From the IMG/VR virus record IMGVR_UViG_3300046471_000128, positions 1-64,000 of that record: a DNA stretch of 64,000 nucleotides. The stretch is one strand, 5' to 3'. Shown one piece after another: positions 45,761 through 56,088 of this stretch. The position numbers and the translations under genes were made by a program. Origin of the DNA: a virus. The notes below the pieces were generated by a model. It was given only the letters and a program-made list of their open reading frames with translations. It had not been told where the DNA came from and made no database searches. Each line of letters starts with the position of its first letter. The first letter of the stretch is position 1.

Positions 45761-46129
45761 TTAAGCCTCCTGCAACTTGAAGGTGACGGACCAGAGCGCT
45801 ACGCCGCCCGCGCCCGAGTAGGCCCACTGCAGCGTGGAGTCCTCGGTGAAGCGCACGAGCACGAGATCCTTCGAGACGGGGTGCGTGAAGTTGAAGATCG
45901 CACTGCCCCCGTGCATGGCGTCGAAGTGCGCATCGACGGCGGCGCGCTGGGCGTCGCTGAAGTCGGTGAACCCGCAGGTGAACGTGCGCCGCGGCTTGCG
46001 CGTGTGCTTCGGGCGCGAGACGACGTAGCCGCCGTCCATCTTGGCGACCATCGCGGGGTTTTCTTTCTCCTGCTGGAATTTGCTCGAGTCCAGCAGGTCG
46101 TTGAGTGGCAAATAGCTGTAGGTGGTCAT
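45761..46129 (-). CDS. Distal tail protein (gpM-like)
   Basis: Position after the tape measure gene; GG...F.FTHP pattern. Confidence 0.75.
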   Translation of the reverse strand: MTTYSYLPLNDLLDSSKFQQEKENPAMVAKMDGGYVVSRPKHTRKPRRTFTCGFTDFSDAQRAAVDAHFDAMHGGSAIFNFTHPVSKDLVLVRFTEDSTLQWAYSGAGGVALWSVTFKLQEA

Positions 46130-49100
46130 TTCAGTGCGCCTTTCATACCGTCGCGGAAGGAACCCGGCTGGCTTGCCGCGGTGAGCACAACGTCAAGGAT
46201 CATCTTCTGGCCGTCAAAGCGCGGCGACCCCTGCTGCTGACCCTGCACGCTCTGGCCGGTCTGGTTGATAACGTTCACGACTACGCCGCCGGCGCCGCCC
46301 GACTGCTGCTGTTGCTGGCCGCCGGTGATCGTCACGGGAATGCTGCGGCCGTCGGGCAACGGCACGAACGCCTCGTTCATCGAGCCTTCGCCGTAGACCG
46401 CGACCTGCGGGCTGTCGGCGATGCCGCCGTTCGCATACTTGCGCAGCGACATCGGGCCGAACTCGGTCATGATCCCGCCGTCGGCGAACTTGTATTGGCT
46501 GCTCATCTGGCCGCCGGTGTAGTTCCAGTTGCCGAGCGTGTTGGTGCCGCCCTGCACGCCCATCAGCGTCGACGGCGCCTGCATCGAGGCGGTCTGCGAG
46601 AGCATGCCCTCGGTGGCCGAACCGGCGCCACCGAAGTAGGCCGACGCGAGCGCGCCCGCGATCGAGCCGAGCGCACCGCCGATGCCACCGCCACCGCCCG
46701 AGGTTGCCTGGATCTGCGAGAGCGCGGCCGCGGCGTATTGCGCAGCCTGCCCGAGCGTCATCAGGGAGTTTTGGGTGGTCGTCTCGGTGGTCTGCACGAC
46801 CATCAGGTTTTTCACGTTGTCTTCGAGGGTCGTGCTGTAGTGCTCGCCCGCGCCGAAGAGCTTCGTGAACATGCCCCCGACTGCATCGAGCGGACCCTTG
46901 AGCATCGCGGGGAGCGCGCTGCCGGCGCCCTCGGCGGCCGCGGTTGTGCCGCGCCCCTCGTTCTTGCCGTTGCCGCCGATTACCCCGACGAAACCCTTTG
47001 TGAGTCCGTCGAACATCTGCTGCAGGCCCCCGCCCATGCTCTTCTGGAGCGAAATCTTCAGCATGTCGGTGGCGATGCCTTCGAGCAGCTTGCCGAACTG
47101 CATCTTGCCGGTGGTCACCATCGAGACGAAGGTGTCGATGGTCGAGTTGGCCCAGCCGGTCGAGGCGTTCTCCATCTGATTGGTGGTGTCGCCCCACTTC
47201 TGCGCCAATTGCTCCATCGGCGTTTCCATCTTCTTGAGCCAGCTCGCGTGCTCAACCGCACGGCGCTGTTCAATGATAGCTTGCTCGACATCAACCTTGC
47301 CGCCGAGCTTGCGCACCGCGTCGAGCCTTGCAGCGTCTTCCTTCTCCCACGCCTCGCGGGCAATGCGGAACTCCTCCTCCAGCTGGTCCCGCTTGTTCTG
47401 GATCAGCTGCGCGTTGATGGCGGCGGTGTCCTTGCCAAGCCCGCGCGTGTAGTCGACCAGATCCTTCGTCGGCGCGACCAGCAAGAGCTTGCGTTCTTCC
47501 TCGGTGATGCTCGCGACCGCCTTCGCCGCGTTAAGCCCCGTGACGTGGATCTTGTCGAGGTAGTTGAGCATTCGCTCGTTATTGGCGCCGGGCTTGGTCG
47601 TGTAGTCGCCCGAGGCAAGCAGGTCCAGCGAGCGCTTGAGCTCGTCCTCGGCCGGTGCGAGCTTCTTCTTGATCTGCGCGAGCTGCTCCTTCGCCTTGGT
47701 GACGATTTCGAGCGCCGTCTTGTCGTCGATGAGCTCCTGGACCCTCGGGTCGCTCATGCTCGGGCTGGACTTGCCACCGCCCTTGCCGTGCGTGACGTAA
47801 TCGAGCTGGCCGGCGTCGACCATCTCCTTCACCTGGAGCTCGACGCCCTTGCGAAGTTGCTCGTAGTCGGTCGCGCCCGTCTGGATCTGACGCAGCTGCT
47901 CGGTGGCGCCCGCCAACTGCACCTTGACGTGATCGAGGCTCTTTTCGAGGAAGTCGGTCGGCGCCGCGGTGTGGCCGCCGTTGTTCTTTGGCGCGACGAA
48001 CTCGTTCGGCGCGGCGAGCGCGACGCCCTGCCCCTGTGCGTTGGCGATCTCGTCGGTCAGGCGCTTTTGCTCGCGCGCGGCGGCGATAGCCTGCGCCTGA
48101 GCTTCCTTGCCCGTGCCGAACCCTGCGGCAATCGCTGCGTTGATCCTGTCGCGGCTGGCCGTGAGCACCTTCACGCGCTCATCGGTCGCGGTGATCTGCG
48201 CGGCGTGGTTGTCGGCCGTCAGTTGCTTTTGCAGCGCGATGTATTCGGCCGAGTCCTTCTTCATGCCGGCGGTGCGCTTCTCGAACGCCTGCTGGCGCTC
48301 AGCGTTGAGCTTCGACGAGTTCGCCGTGATGTTCGAGAGCGCGGCTTCCGAGTCCTGCTCGTATTTGCTCGCGAACTTGTTGGCGTTGAGCGCCGCGTTC
48401 TGCTGGTCAACCGCACCCTGCGCCTGGTCGCGCGCAGCCTTCATGTCGCTGGCGCCCTTCTGCAGCAGCGCGATCTTTGCGCGCATCGCCTTGATCTCGG
48501 GGTCGTCCTCGCCCCGCGCGCCAATAAACTCGCCCTGCTCGTTGGCGCCCGACTTGCGCTGATTGATCTGCGACTCGAGGAGCGAAATCTCAGCCTGCTT
48601 GTTCTTCAGTGTGTCGTTGAGGTTGTCAACGGTCTTCTGGCTCGCGTCGCCCTTGGCGATGATGTTCTTGATGTTCGCGGCGTCGGCGGCGGCCTGCGCG
48701 GCGGCGCGCGCGTGGTCGCGATACTTGTCCCACAGCGCGATGCCGCCGATGATCGCCAGCGAGACGAGCCCGATCCAGCCACCCAGCGCGTTGAACGCGA
48801 ACTGCAGGCCCATGATGCCGGTCTTGAGCGCCGCCGCGCCGAAGGTCATCTCCGTCATGTTGGCGATCGCGCGGCGCTCGGCGGCGATCTTGGCAGCCAG
48901 TGCGGCGTTCGCTTCGACGAGCGCGGCGTTTCCTGCGCTGGTCGCGACGTTGAGCTCCTGCTGGGCAGCGGTAGCGGCCGTCTCTTCGGCAATCGCCTGG
49001 CGCAGCAGGTTGTTTCGCTCGGTGAGCGCGACGGCTTCCTTCTCGAGCAGCGCGATTTCAGCCCGGAACGACACCAGCCCGCGCTCCATCTCTTCGGTGA

Positions 49101-50601
49101 GGCGCGCCTGCGCGGCATACTCTGCGGCGGTGGCTGAGTTCGACGCCATGCCCATCTGGGCGCGCTTGTATTGCTCGGCGAGCAGCGCTGCGCTGTAGCC
49201 CGCTTCGGCGGCCGTGAGCTCCTCGAAGAGAGCGATCTTCGCGGCGAGCACTTTCGCGTTGCCCTCGATCTCCTTCTGGTATTCCGCCTGGCGCGCGGCG
49301 TCGATCGCGGCGTAGCGCTTGTCGTTGGCGACCATGAGTTGCTGGTTCGCCGCGATTTCGCGGGCGAGCGCTTCCTGTCGCAATTCGCTTTCCATCGCGA
49401 TCGAGTCGCGGCGCGCCTGGTCGGCGGCGAGGATCTGCTCGGTCACCGAGAGCTTCTTGGCGGCCACCACGCCCTCTGAGGCAATCGCATTCGCCGCATA
49501 CTCGCGGTAAGCGGTCACGATGCCCGCGAGCGCGTTACGCGTGCCATTCAGCCAGCTCGCGACCACCGTCACGCTGAAGGCGGCGAGCACGACCTTGCCG
49601 AGCTCAAGCAGCTGCGGCAGGTATTCCTGCAGCGTGGTGCGTCCCTCATGGAAGAGGCCAATCATCGAGACGAACTGGTCGCTTAGGCCCTTGGCCCACT
49701 CGTGCGCCTGGGGCGTGCCGAAAAGCCCCATGATGTCGTTGAGCTCGTCCTTGGTCGCCTTGAAGAAGCCGGAATCGGCCACGTCCATCTTGAACAAGTC
49801 CCAGCGCGTGTTCAGCTTTTCGAGCGTCCCGAGCCACGTCTGCATCTGCGCCGCGCCCGCGCCCGCCGAGTCGTTGGCGAACACCGCGAGCATCTTCTTG
49901 ATCGCCATTTCGGACGACACGGTGCCTTTGGAGATCGCCTTGGTGAGCTCGCCCATCGTCATGCCCATGCCCGTCGCCATCGCTTGCGCGGCGCCCGGCA
50001 CGGCCTGGGAAAGCTGCATGCGCAGTTCTTGCAGCGAGACGACGCCCTTGCCGGCCATCTGCTGAATGGCGAGCGACGCGCTCTTCAACTGTTCGGAGCC
50101 ACCGCCGTATTTCGCCACTTCATTGAGCAGCGCCGTCATCGAGCCCTTCATCGGGTCGATGCCGACCGTCTTGAACTTGACGAAGGTGTCGGTGAGCGCC
50201 TGGAGCTTGAACGGAACGTTCTGCTCAAGGTTCAGGATGAAATTCTTGCCGAGTGTCGCGTCGGCGGCGCGCCCCGCGTCGGTAGCCGCCGACGAGAGCC
50301 CCTTCAACACGACCTGAAGCTTCTCGATCTCGCCCGAGGTTTCGAGGATGGCTTTCGGGAGCGACAGGAAGACGCTATCGAGGTCCATCAGGGCGAACTT
50401 CACTGCCCCGATGGTGGTCACCCACTGGTGGAAGGTGACACCGGCCGAGTTGATCTTCGTCTCGATCGCCTTGACCGCCTGGCCGGTGCTCTCGAATTGT
50501 GCTTCGAGGGCCTTGAGCTGCGCGGAGCTTGCCTGCGCGGTGACCCGGAAGCCCGAGTCGTCAAGGATCAGGTTATAGCCAATGTTCTCGAGGGTGCTCA
50601 T
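46126..50601 (-). CDS. Tail tape measure protein
   Basis: 1491 aa, Ala-rich and helical; QMAGKG.VS.QELR.QL; C-terminal FADGG/GE...EAFVPL. Confidence 0.93.
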   Translation of the reverse strand: MSTLENIGYNLILDDSGFRVTAQASSAQLKALEAQFESTGQAVKAIETKINSAGVTFHQWVTTIGAVKFALMDLDSVFLSLPKAILETSGEIEKLQVVLKGLSSAATDAGRAADATLGKNFILNLEQNVPFKLQALTDTFVKFKTVGIDPMKGSMTALLNEVAKYGGGSEQLKSASLAIQQMAGKGVVSLQELRMQLSQAVPGAAQAMATGMGMTMGELTKAISKGTVSSEMAIKKMLAVFANDSAGAGAAQMQTWLGTLEKLNTRWDLFKMDVADSGFFKATKDELNDIMGLFGTPQAHEWAKGLSDQFVSMIGLFHEGRTTLQEYLPQLLELGKVVLAAFSVTVVASWLNGTRNALAGIVTAYREYAANAIASEGVVAAKKLSVTEQILAADQARRDSIAMESELRQEALAREIAANQQLMVANDKRYAAIDAARQAEYQKEIEGNAKVLAAKIALFEELTAAEAGYSAALLAEQYKRAQMGMASNSATAAEYAAQARLTEEMERGLVSFRAEIALLEKEAVALTERNNLLRQAIAEETAATAAQQELNVATSAGNAALVEANAALAAKIAAERRAIANMTEMTFGAAALKTGIMGLQFAFNALGGWIGLVSLAIIGGIALWDKYRDHARAAAQAAADAANIKNIIAKGDASQKTVDNLNDTLKNKQAEISLLESQINQRKSGANEQGEFIGARGEDDPEIKAMRAKIALLQKGASDMKAARDQAQGAVDQQNAALNANKFASKYEQDSEAALSNITANSSKLNAERQQAFEKRTAGMKKDSAEYIALQKQLTADNHAAQITATDERVKVLTASRDRINAAIAAGFGTGKEAQAQAIAAAREQKRLTDEIANAQGQGVALAAPNEFVAPKNNGGHTAAPTDFLEKSLDHVKVQLAGATEQLRQIQTGATDYEQLRKGVELQVKEMVDAGQLDYVTHGKGGGKSSPSMSDPRVQELIDDKTALEIVTKAKEQLAQIKKKLAPAEDELKRSLDLLASGDYTTKPGANNERMLNYLDKIHVTGLNAAKAVASITEEERKLLLVAPTKDLVDYTRGLGKDTAAINAQLIQNKRDQLEEEFRIAREAWEKEDAARLDAVRKLGGKVDVEQAIIEQRRAVEHASWLKKMETPMEQLAQKWGDTTNQMENASTGWANSTIDTFVSMVTTGKMQFGKLLEGIATDMLKISLQKSMGGGLQQMFDGLTKGFVGVIGGNGKNEGRGTTAAAEGAGSALPAMLKGPLDAVGGMFTKLFGAGEHYSTTLEDNVKNLMVVQTTETTTQNSLMTLGQAAQYAAAALSQIQATSGGGGGIGGALGSIAGALASAYFGGAGSATEGMLSQTASMQAPSTLMGVQGGTNTLGNWNYTGGQMSSQYKFADGGIMTEFGPMSLRKYANGGIADSPQVAVYGEGSMNEAFVPLPDGRSIPVTITGGQQQQQSGGAGGVVVNVINQTGQSVQGQQQGSPRFDGQKMILDVVLTAASQPGSFRDGMKGALK

Positions 50602-50611
50602 CTTCGTCCTG

Positions 50612-50956
50612 TTACTCGGTTGGACGGGCCACCATCGCCTTCAGCTCTGCGAAGCCCGCTTCGTCTCGCTCCGCCTTCAGCGGGTCGATCACTTCATCTT
50701 TGGCCGGGAAAACCTCGGCTCGGAGCTTGGCTTCGTATGCCTGGCAGGCTTCGCCGCTCTGCCGGTTTACGTGCAACATCAGGGCACGGAGATCAGTCTC
50801 CGCGAGCAGCCGGTTGATGTTGCGGTTGAGGGTCCAGAAAGCGCGAATGGGAAGCTGCATCACTTCCCAATAGGTCATGCCGTAGTGCAGCTGGACCCGG
50901 GTAAAGATCAGCCCGAAGTCGAGTTCTTCGGGCTTTGCCTCACCAGCTGCGGTTAC
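50612..50956 (-). CDS. Tail assembly chaperone gpT part (reached by -1 frameshift)
   Basis: The -1 frame is open from the slippery site through VTAAGEAKPEELDFG...HYGMTYWEVM. Confidence 0.8.
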   Translation of the reverse strand, partial: VTAAGEAKPEELDFGLIFTRVQLHYGMTYWEVMQLPIRAFWTLNRNINRLLAETDLRALMLHVNRQSGEACQAYEAKLRAEVFPAKDEVIDPLKAERDEAGFAELKAMVARPTE

Positions 50957-51306
50957 TTTTTTTCGTCACCCTCGGCGCCGGCCGACGCGTCTTTCGCGTC
51001 GGGATCGAACATGCCGCGAATGAACGCGGTCAGGATGCCGAGCTTCTCGAGCGGCAGCTTGTTGAGCACGTCTTCCGGCACCTCCGGCACCGCGCGCTTG
51101 ATCGAGGCGATCATTTCGGCGAGTTGGATCTTCGGATCGGTCACCCCTTCGAGGCGCTCGGCCGCGAGGTTCGTTTCGATGAAGTCCTCGACATTCATTT
51201 CGCGCACGTCATATGAGACACCGCCCAGCGTGATCTGGCGTTGCGGGGCCTTCGTCGGCAGCGTGTCGAGGTTCAGAATCTTGATGTTTCCGGCATTCTT
51301 GGTCAT
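50953..51306 (-). CDS. Tail assembly chaperone gpG
   Basis: Between the tube and tape measure genes; ends GAA AAA AAG TAA. Confidence 0.82.
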   Translation of the reverse strand: MTKNAGNIKILNLDTLPTKAPQRQITLGGVSYDVREMNVEDFIETNLAAERLEGVTDPKIQLAEMIASIKRAVPEVPEDVLNKLPLEKLGILTAFIRGMFDPDAKDASAGAEGDEKK

Positions 51307-51381
51307 GGTGTTCTCGATGTAGGCAGGCCGGCATTACGCCGGCCTTGATATGTCACCCGTAACTCATCTACGGGGCAGAAC

Positions 51382-51897
51382 TTACGGCGTCGGGGCGCCG
51401 CCAATACCGAACAGCTCCTTCGTGGCCGGGTCCGGGTAACCGGTGAAGGTCACGTCGAAGATCCGTTCCTTTTCGACTTCGTAGGCGAAGTTCATGCCGC
51501 CCGACGTCGCCGCCAAGGGAATCACGAAGTCTTCGCTGTAGTCGGTCGCGTCCTTGCCGATCGGGTGCAGGCGCAGCTCGCCCGCGATCGACAGCAAGTC
51601 CACGCCGATGCCCGAGGTCACGATCGCCTTCTTGTCGCTGCCCGTGCCCGTGATCGACGCGCCCGGCATCGTTGCCACCAGGTTGTCCAGCGTGGTTTCA
51701 GCCAACGGCACCTTCACCGACACGTCGCGGGACATGATGATTTCGTTGACGGTCGACTTGCCGAACTGGTCGATGTTGACCTTGTGGGTCTGCGTCGCCA
51801 CGGTCACCTGAACGCCACCTTGTGTGTAACCCAGGTCCACGCCCTTGTAGAAGACGGCGCACACGCCCAACTTCACGTTTTTTGTATCGCTTGCCAC
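51382..51897 (-). CDS. Major tail (tube) protein
   Basis: DLGYTQGGV...V.VPLAETTL.NL; position; AGGAG RBS. Confidence 0.82.
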   Translation of the reverse strand: MASDTKNVKLGVCAVFYKGVDLGYTQGGVQVTVATQTHKVNIDQFGKSTVNEIIMSRDVSVKVPLAETTLDNLVATMPGASITGTGSDKKAIVTSGIGVDLLSIAGELRLHPIGKDATDYSEDFVIPLAATSGGMNFAYEVEKERIFDVTFTGYPDPATKELFGIGGAPTP

Positions 51898-51952
51898 TCA
51901 AAACTCCTTTGCAAAGAGGTCAGCGGCTACAGTAAGTAACCGGTGCCTTATC

Positions 51953-52333
51953 TTACGGGAGGACGAACGCGCAGTCAATGTTCGCCACGAACTCCACCAT
52001 GCCAGCGGGCGGGATCGGGTAGCCCACCGGCAGCGTGCGCGGGCGCAGATACTTGATGAGCATCGGACCGACCTGCGACTCCAGCGTGATCGTGAGCACC
52101 TGCATGGCTGCGTCGATCTGCGCCTTGGTCGCGGTGTAGCCCTTGCCGCGCGCGACGAGCGCGAACTCGGCCTTGTAATAGCCCGGCAGCTCGTAGTTGA
52201 TCCGGGTGCCCTTGTAGCTCGCCTTGAGCAAAAGCCCGGCGTCGCCCGCGCGCATTTCGTTGATGAAAATCGTCTTGCCCTTCACGCCACAGCCATTCTG
52301 CTCGAGGAGCGTGGCAATCGGTTCGAGATCCAT
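51953..52333 (-). CDS. Tail terminator / neck protein
   Basis: Position and size. Confidence 0.65.
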   Translation of the reverse strand: MDLEPIATLLEQNGCGVKGKTIFINEMRAGDAGLLLKASYKGTRINYELPGYYKAEFALVARGKGYTATKAQIDAAMQVLTITLESQVGPMLIKYLRPRTLPVGYPIPPAGMVEFVANIDCAFVLP

Positions 52334-52792
52334 TTACGTCGACTCCTTCACAATCTGTTTCACACGCTTGCCCATTTCACCGATCCGGGTGTTCATTGCG
52401 CGCTCCATGAACTTGCCGCCCACCTTGCCCGAGCCGCCGTCTTTCGCGATCGACCCTTCGTCGAGGTTGAAGGCGCCCGTGCCGTAGGGTGCGAGCGCCT
52501 CGTGCATGACCCGCGCGTATTCGACCACCGGCTTGCCTTCCTTGTCGATGGCGCTCGGGTCCACCTGCACGGTCACCTGCACGCGGTTGTTGATGCCGCC
52601 GCGGTCCTCGACCACCTGGATCGCCTCTTCGAGATCGCCGTCCTTGTAAGGCGCGTTCTCGCGCGCGAGCCCGGCGATCGTGTCGCCCTCCTCCCGCATC
52701 ACGCCCAGAATGCGGCGCGCGGCGACGTCGCCCATCCGGTTGACCTTCAGCGCGAGCAGCTCCGGGTTGAAGTTGTTCTTGACTAGACCCAC
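52334..52792 (-). CDS. Neck protein (HK97 gp10-like)
   Basis: ARENAPYKDGDLE...YARVMHE...KFMERA; GTG start at 52792. Confidence 0.75.
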   Translation of the reverse strand: MGLVKNNFNPELLALKVNRMGDVAARRILGVMREEGDTIAGLARENAPYKDGDLEEAIQVVEDRGGINNRVQVTVQVDPSAIDKEGKPVVEYARVMHEALAPYGTGAFNLDEGSIAKDGGSGKVGGKFMERAMNTRIGEMGKRVKQIVKEST

Positions 52793-53127
52793 GGCGAACC
52801 CCCGACGAGATAGTGATCGAGGACGCCCGACGTGTTGAACTGTGGCGTGATCGCAACGATGCGCAGTTCGATCCCCGCCACCGTCAGCTTGTCGCCGAGC
52901 TTCGCCGCGCTTTTGGCGGTCAGCATCAGCTCCGCGGTGATCGCGAGATCCTCGGCGTGCGTCTGCGAGCCGGAGAGTTGCGCGCGCGAGTTGGTCGCCT
53001 GGGCGGCCGACTTCAACTCGACGATGGAGCACCCCTCGCGAACTGGCATACCCGGCTGATCCTCGCCGTAAAGGTTGCGCCCGGTGTTGGGCGCGATCCA
53101 GCAGAACATGTTGGGCTTGAACATCAC
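52783..53127 (-). CDS. Head-closure / head-tail joining protein
   Basis: NLYGE motif, position, size. Confidence 0.65.
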   Translation of the reverse strand: MMFKPNMFCWIAPNTGRNLYGEDQPGMPVREGCSIVELKSAAQATNSRAQLSGSQTHAEDLAITAELMLTAKSAAKLGDKLTVAGIELRIVAITPQFNTSGVLDHYLVGGSPWV

Positions 53128-53862
53128 TTACTCCGGTCGCACGAGCGTCGCGCTCGAGTTCGGGTGGAACACCTCGTCGCGCAGCGACAGGTAAGACGGG
53201 TGCGCGTCGCCCGTGAGCGATACCCGCTGCCCGTGGCCCTCGTGCGCGGGGTCCGGGTAACGCACCTCAAGCGTGGTCACACCCTCTGCTGCGGCGGCGC
53301 GCACCACCGCGTCGGCGTAGAGGCCCTGCAGCGCGCCCTTGACGGTCGCCGCGGCGAACACCGACGCCTTCCACTTGCGGCCGGCCACGTCAAACTGATG
53401 GTAGCTGATCGGCTCGCGCGTCTCGGCGATGCGGGCCGCCTCCACCGCGGCGCTGTAGCGGCGGCGCGAGGTCTGCATCAGCATGTCCACACGCAGCGAA
53501 AAGTCGCGCAGGCGCTTGACGGCCGTGATTACGTCCCGGTGCATGGCCGCGGCGAGCGTGCCGAGTGCGGCGGCCCGCTGGGCGTGCGCGTCGTTCATCA
53601 GGAGCTCGCCCAACGCGTCGCTGGCAGCGGGCGCGGCGTTCGCGAGCAGGTCGACGATGGCCGAGTCCATCAGGCCCGCGATCGTCGTGAGCACGTTGCC
53701 TTGCAGCTGCATCATCGCGGCGGTGGTCTGCGCGCGGGCGTGCGGGCCGGTCGGGCCGCGCCCGGACATGGCGTCGGCCGTCATCGCGGTGAGTGCGAGC
53801 AGGAAGGCGCGGTAGTGCGCCTCGACGGCCTGGCCGACCGTATCGATCAGGTGGTTTTTCAT
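53128..53862 (-). CDS. Putative minor head / morphogenesis protein
   Basis: D.AGRKW...FHPN motifs; head operon. Confidence 0.55.
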   Translation of the reverse strand: MKNHLIDTVGQAVEAHYRAFLLALTAMTADAMSGRGPTGPHARAQTTAAMMQLQGNVLTTIAGLMDSAIVDLLANAAPAASDALGELLMNDAHAQRAAALGTLAAAMHRDVITAVKRLRDFSLRVDMLMQTSRRRYSAAVEAARIAETREPISYHQFDVAGRKWKASVFAAATVKGALQGLYADAVVRAAAAEGVTTLEVRYPDPAHEGHGQRVSLTGDAHPSYLSLRDEVFHPNSSATLVRPE

Positions 53863-54647
53863 GTGCGGGAAAGCCGAATGCGTTTGACGACGTAGCGGCC
53901 GAGCTCGTGCATGGCGCGTGCGCAGATCAGCTGGCGTGCCGGGCGCACCTGGCCGAACATGGTGGTCGAGCCGCCGACGGTTTCGGAGACGATGCCCTGC
54001 GCGCGCTTGGCGAGCACCGGGTCACCGCCGAGCAGGTCGTCCGCCTCCATGATCTGGGCGCGCTCGACCGCCTGGCGAAAGTCGATCGGCAGCGTCAGGT
54101 ATTGCGCCTGAGTCATCTGGATGATCGAGTAGAGGCCGAACTCGGGCTGGATGTAGTTCTGCCAGTCCTGCGACCAGCGGTAGCGGTAGGACATCTGGCC
54201 GATGTTCAGCCGCGCCTGGATGAGTGCGGCGACCCGCTCGTCACGCGAGGCGTTGCCCCACGACGGCAGATTCGGGATGTCGAGCGCGATGAGCTCGGCC
54301 TTGTTGATGGTCTGGAATGAGTTGGTGCCGGGCACGAGCGGCTCGCTCGCCTCGATCACGTAGTTCTGGATCAGCAGGCGCGAGCCCGCGTCCGTCTTTG
54401 CCAGCACTTCGACCGTGCGCAGCGCGCGCATCGAACCGGCAGGCAGCGCGTTTTCACCGGCCCCCACCAGGATCGACACGGGGGCGCCGCCCGGGTCCAG
54501 CCACGGCACCGGAATCGTGTCGATCAGCACGGTGCCGTCTTCGTCGAGCACGCGGTAGCTCGCCGAGGATGGCGTGAACGCGTTGCCCGAACTGTCCACG
54601 AACGGGATCGTCACGGTGACGTCTGCCCCGGCGAGATACTTTTCCAT
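53859..54647 (-). CDS. Head-tail adaptor protein
   Basis: NSF.T...AL..A...G.VSETVG.S.T pattern; position. Confidence 0.65.
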   Translation of the reverse strand: MEKYLAGADVTVTIPFVDSSGNAFTPSSASYRVLDEDGTVLIDTIPVPWLDPGGAPVSILVGAGENALPAGSMRALRTVEVLAKTDAGSRLLIQNYVIEASEPLVPGTNSFQTINKAELIALDIPNLPSWGNASRDERVAALIQARLNIGQMSYRYRWSQDWQNYIQPEFGLYSIIQMTQAQYLTLPIDFRQAVERAQIMEADDLLGGDPVLAKRAQGIVSETVGGSTTMFGQVRPARQLICARAMHELGRYVVKRIRLSRT

Positions 54648-54650
54648 GCT

Positions 54651-55097
54651 TTACTCCGCAGCTTGCGTGGTGACGGCAGCCTCGGCAGGCGCAGCGGGTG
54701 CGACCGGTGCGACTTCAACCGGCGCCTGGGCAGCGAGGATCAACGCGATCAGGTCAGCGATGCCGCTTGCCTTTACGCCCAGCGGGTCGCCCACCACGCG
54801 CAGCGCCTTGATGCCACCCGTGCCGGCGATCTCTTCGAGCTCATCCTGCGTATAGGCGGCGCGCGGGGCCGGCGCGGGTTCTTCACCTTGCACCTGCATT
54901 GGCGTGCACTTGCTGTCGAGGTCCTGCTGTGAGGCGCTCGGGTTCGTGCCGTCGAGCTGCTCGATCTGCACGATGTTCGCAAGGCGCGACGCCTCGCGCG
55001 GCAGCACATCGGCGATCGATGTGCCGTCAGCGAACTCGACGCCGCCGAAGTTGCCCGTGTAGGTTTCCCAGCCGGCCTGAATCATTCGAATCTTCAT
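54651..55097 (-). CDS. Hypothetical virion-associated protein
   Basis: ORF directly after the capsid gene. Confidence 0.7.
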   Translation of the reverse strand: MKIRMIQAGWETYTGNFGGVEFADGTSIADVLPREASRLANIVQIEQLDGTNPSASQQDLDSKCTPMQVQGEEPAPAPRAAYTQDELEEIAGTGGIKALRVVGDPLGVKASGIADLIALILAAQAPVEVAPVAPAAPAEAAVTTQAAE

Positions 55098-55112
55098 ATC
55101 GTTCTCTCATGG

Positions 55113-55143
55113 AAAAAGGGCATGAACCGAAGTCCATGCCCTT
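55113..55143 (-). terminator. Rho-independent terminator after the major capsid gene
   Basis: Minus strand AAGGGCATGGAC-TTCG-GTTCATGCCCTTTTT. Confidence 0.85.
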
Positions 55144-55157
55144 CATTTTAAAGCAGA

Positions 55158-55177
55158 ATAAGTCACGGATGACTTAT
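55158..55177. promoter_or_regulatory. Consensus copy of the dispersed 20-bp operator/promoter motif
   Basis: ATAAGTCA-CGGA-TGACTTAT right after the capsid stop codon. Confidence 0.8.
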
Positions 55178-55185
55178 TGTCCGCC

Positions 55186-56088
55186 TTAAACGTTGGTGAT
55201 GCCGCGCAGACGTGCCAGCGAGCGCGTGGACTTCAGCGCCGAGCCGCAATACCACTTCACGCGGATACGGTCGGCGTCCTTGTTCTGGACCGTGCCGATG
55301 TCTTCCACGCGGATGCCCGCGTCCTTGCCGCCCCACAGACCGTGGAAGCCGTCGAGCTCGTTCAGGCGAACCGCGTAGACCGAGCACGTATTCAGATTCG
55401 TGCCCATGTCTTCGTCACCTGCGAGCCAGTCGTTGCGCAGAATCGGAATCCCGTTGTGGCCGAGCACTGCCTGGCCGAAGTTGGGGATCTCGATCATCGC
55501 CGGCTGGATGCCGCCGGTTGCATACAGCAACGAGCGATATGCGCGAATCGTGCCCGCGCGCATCACGAACGCGTCAGCGCCGTTGATCACCGCGTCGGCC
55601 AGTTGGTCGAGCATGTTCAGCGTGAGCGCTGAACCGTTCACACCCGCGTCGAGCGTCATCGGGGCCGACACCAGCTGCGGCAGGCCGTCGAATTCCTTCG
55701 TGTTCACGGAGCTGTTGCCCTGTGCGATGGTCTTCTTGAACTTGCGTGCGACTGCCTTGGCCTTCAGACCGATCTGCGTTGCGCGCTGATCGTTCGTGTC
55801 CGACTCGGTTTCTTGCAGGAACTTGTCGACGTCCACGTCACCCGCGAGGATGCGCAGCTTCGACACGACTTCCGTGAACGTGCCGGCCGATTCGTTCACC
55901 GTGTCGTTCGGCGACAGGAAGTCGGCGTCCGGCAGGGTGTTTTCACGGTCATACACATACGCTTTGCCGTTGATACCCACGAACGGCAGAAGGGCGAAGA
56001 GCTCATCCTTTTCGATGATTTCCTCGATGACGCCGGCGACCAGCTGGTTATTACTCAGCTTGTCCGCTTCGACTTGCAGCAATGGCAT
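55186..56088 (-). CDS. Major capsid protein (HK97 fold)
   Basis: LPF..I.G.AY.Y.RE..LP, GDVDVDKF, EFDGL, RVKWYCG, LARL.GI. Confidence 0.9.
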   Translation of the reverse strand: MPLLQVEADKLSNNQLVAGVIEEIIEKDELFALLPFVGINGKAYVYDRENTLPDADFLSPNDTVNESAGTFTEVVSKLRILAGDVDVDKFLQETESDTNDQRATQIGLKAKAVARKFKKTIAQGNSSVNTKEFDGLPQLVSAPMTLDAGVNGSALTLNMLDQLADAVINGADAFVMRAGTIRAYRSLLYATGGIQPAMIEIPNFGQAVLGHNGIPILRNDWLAGDEDMGTNLNTCSVYAVRLNELDGFHGLWGGKDAGIRVEDIGTVQNKDADRIRVKWYCGSALKSTRSLARLRGITNV

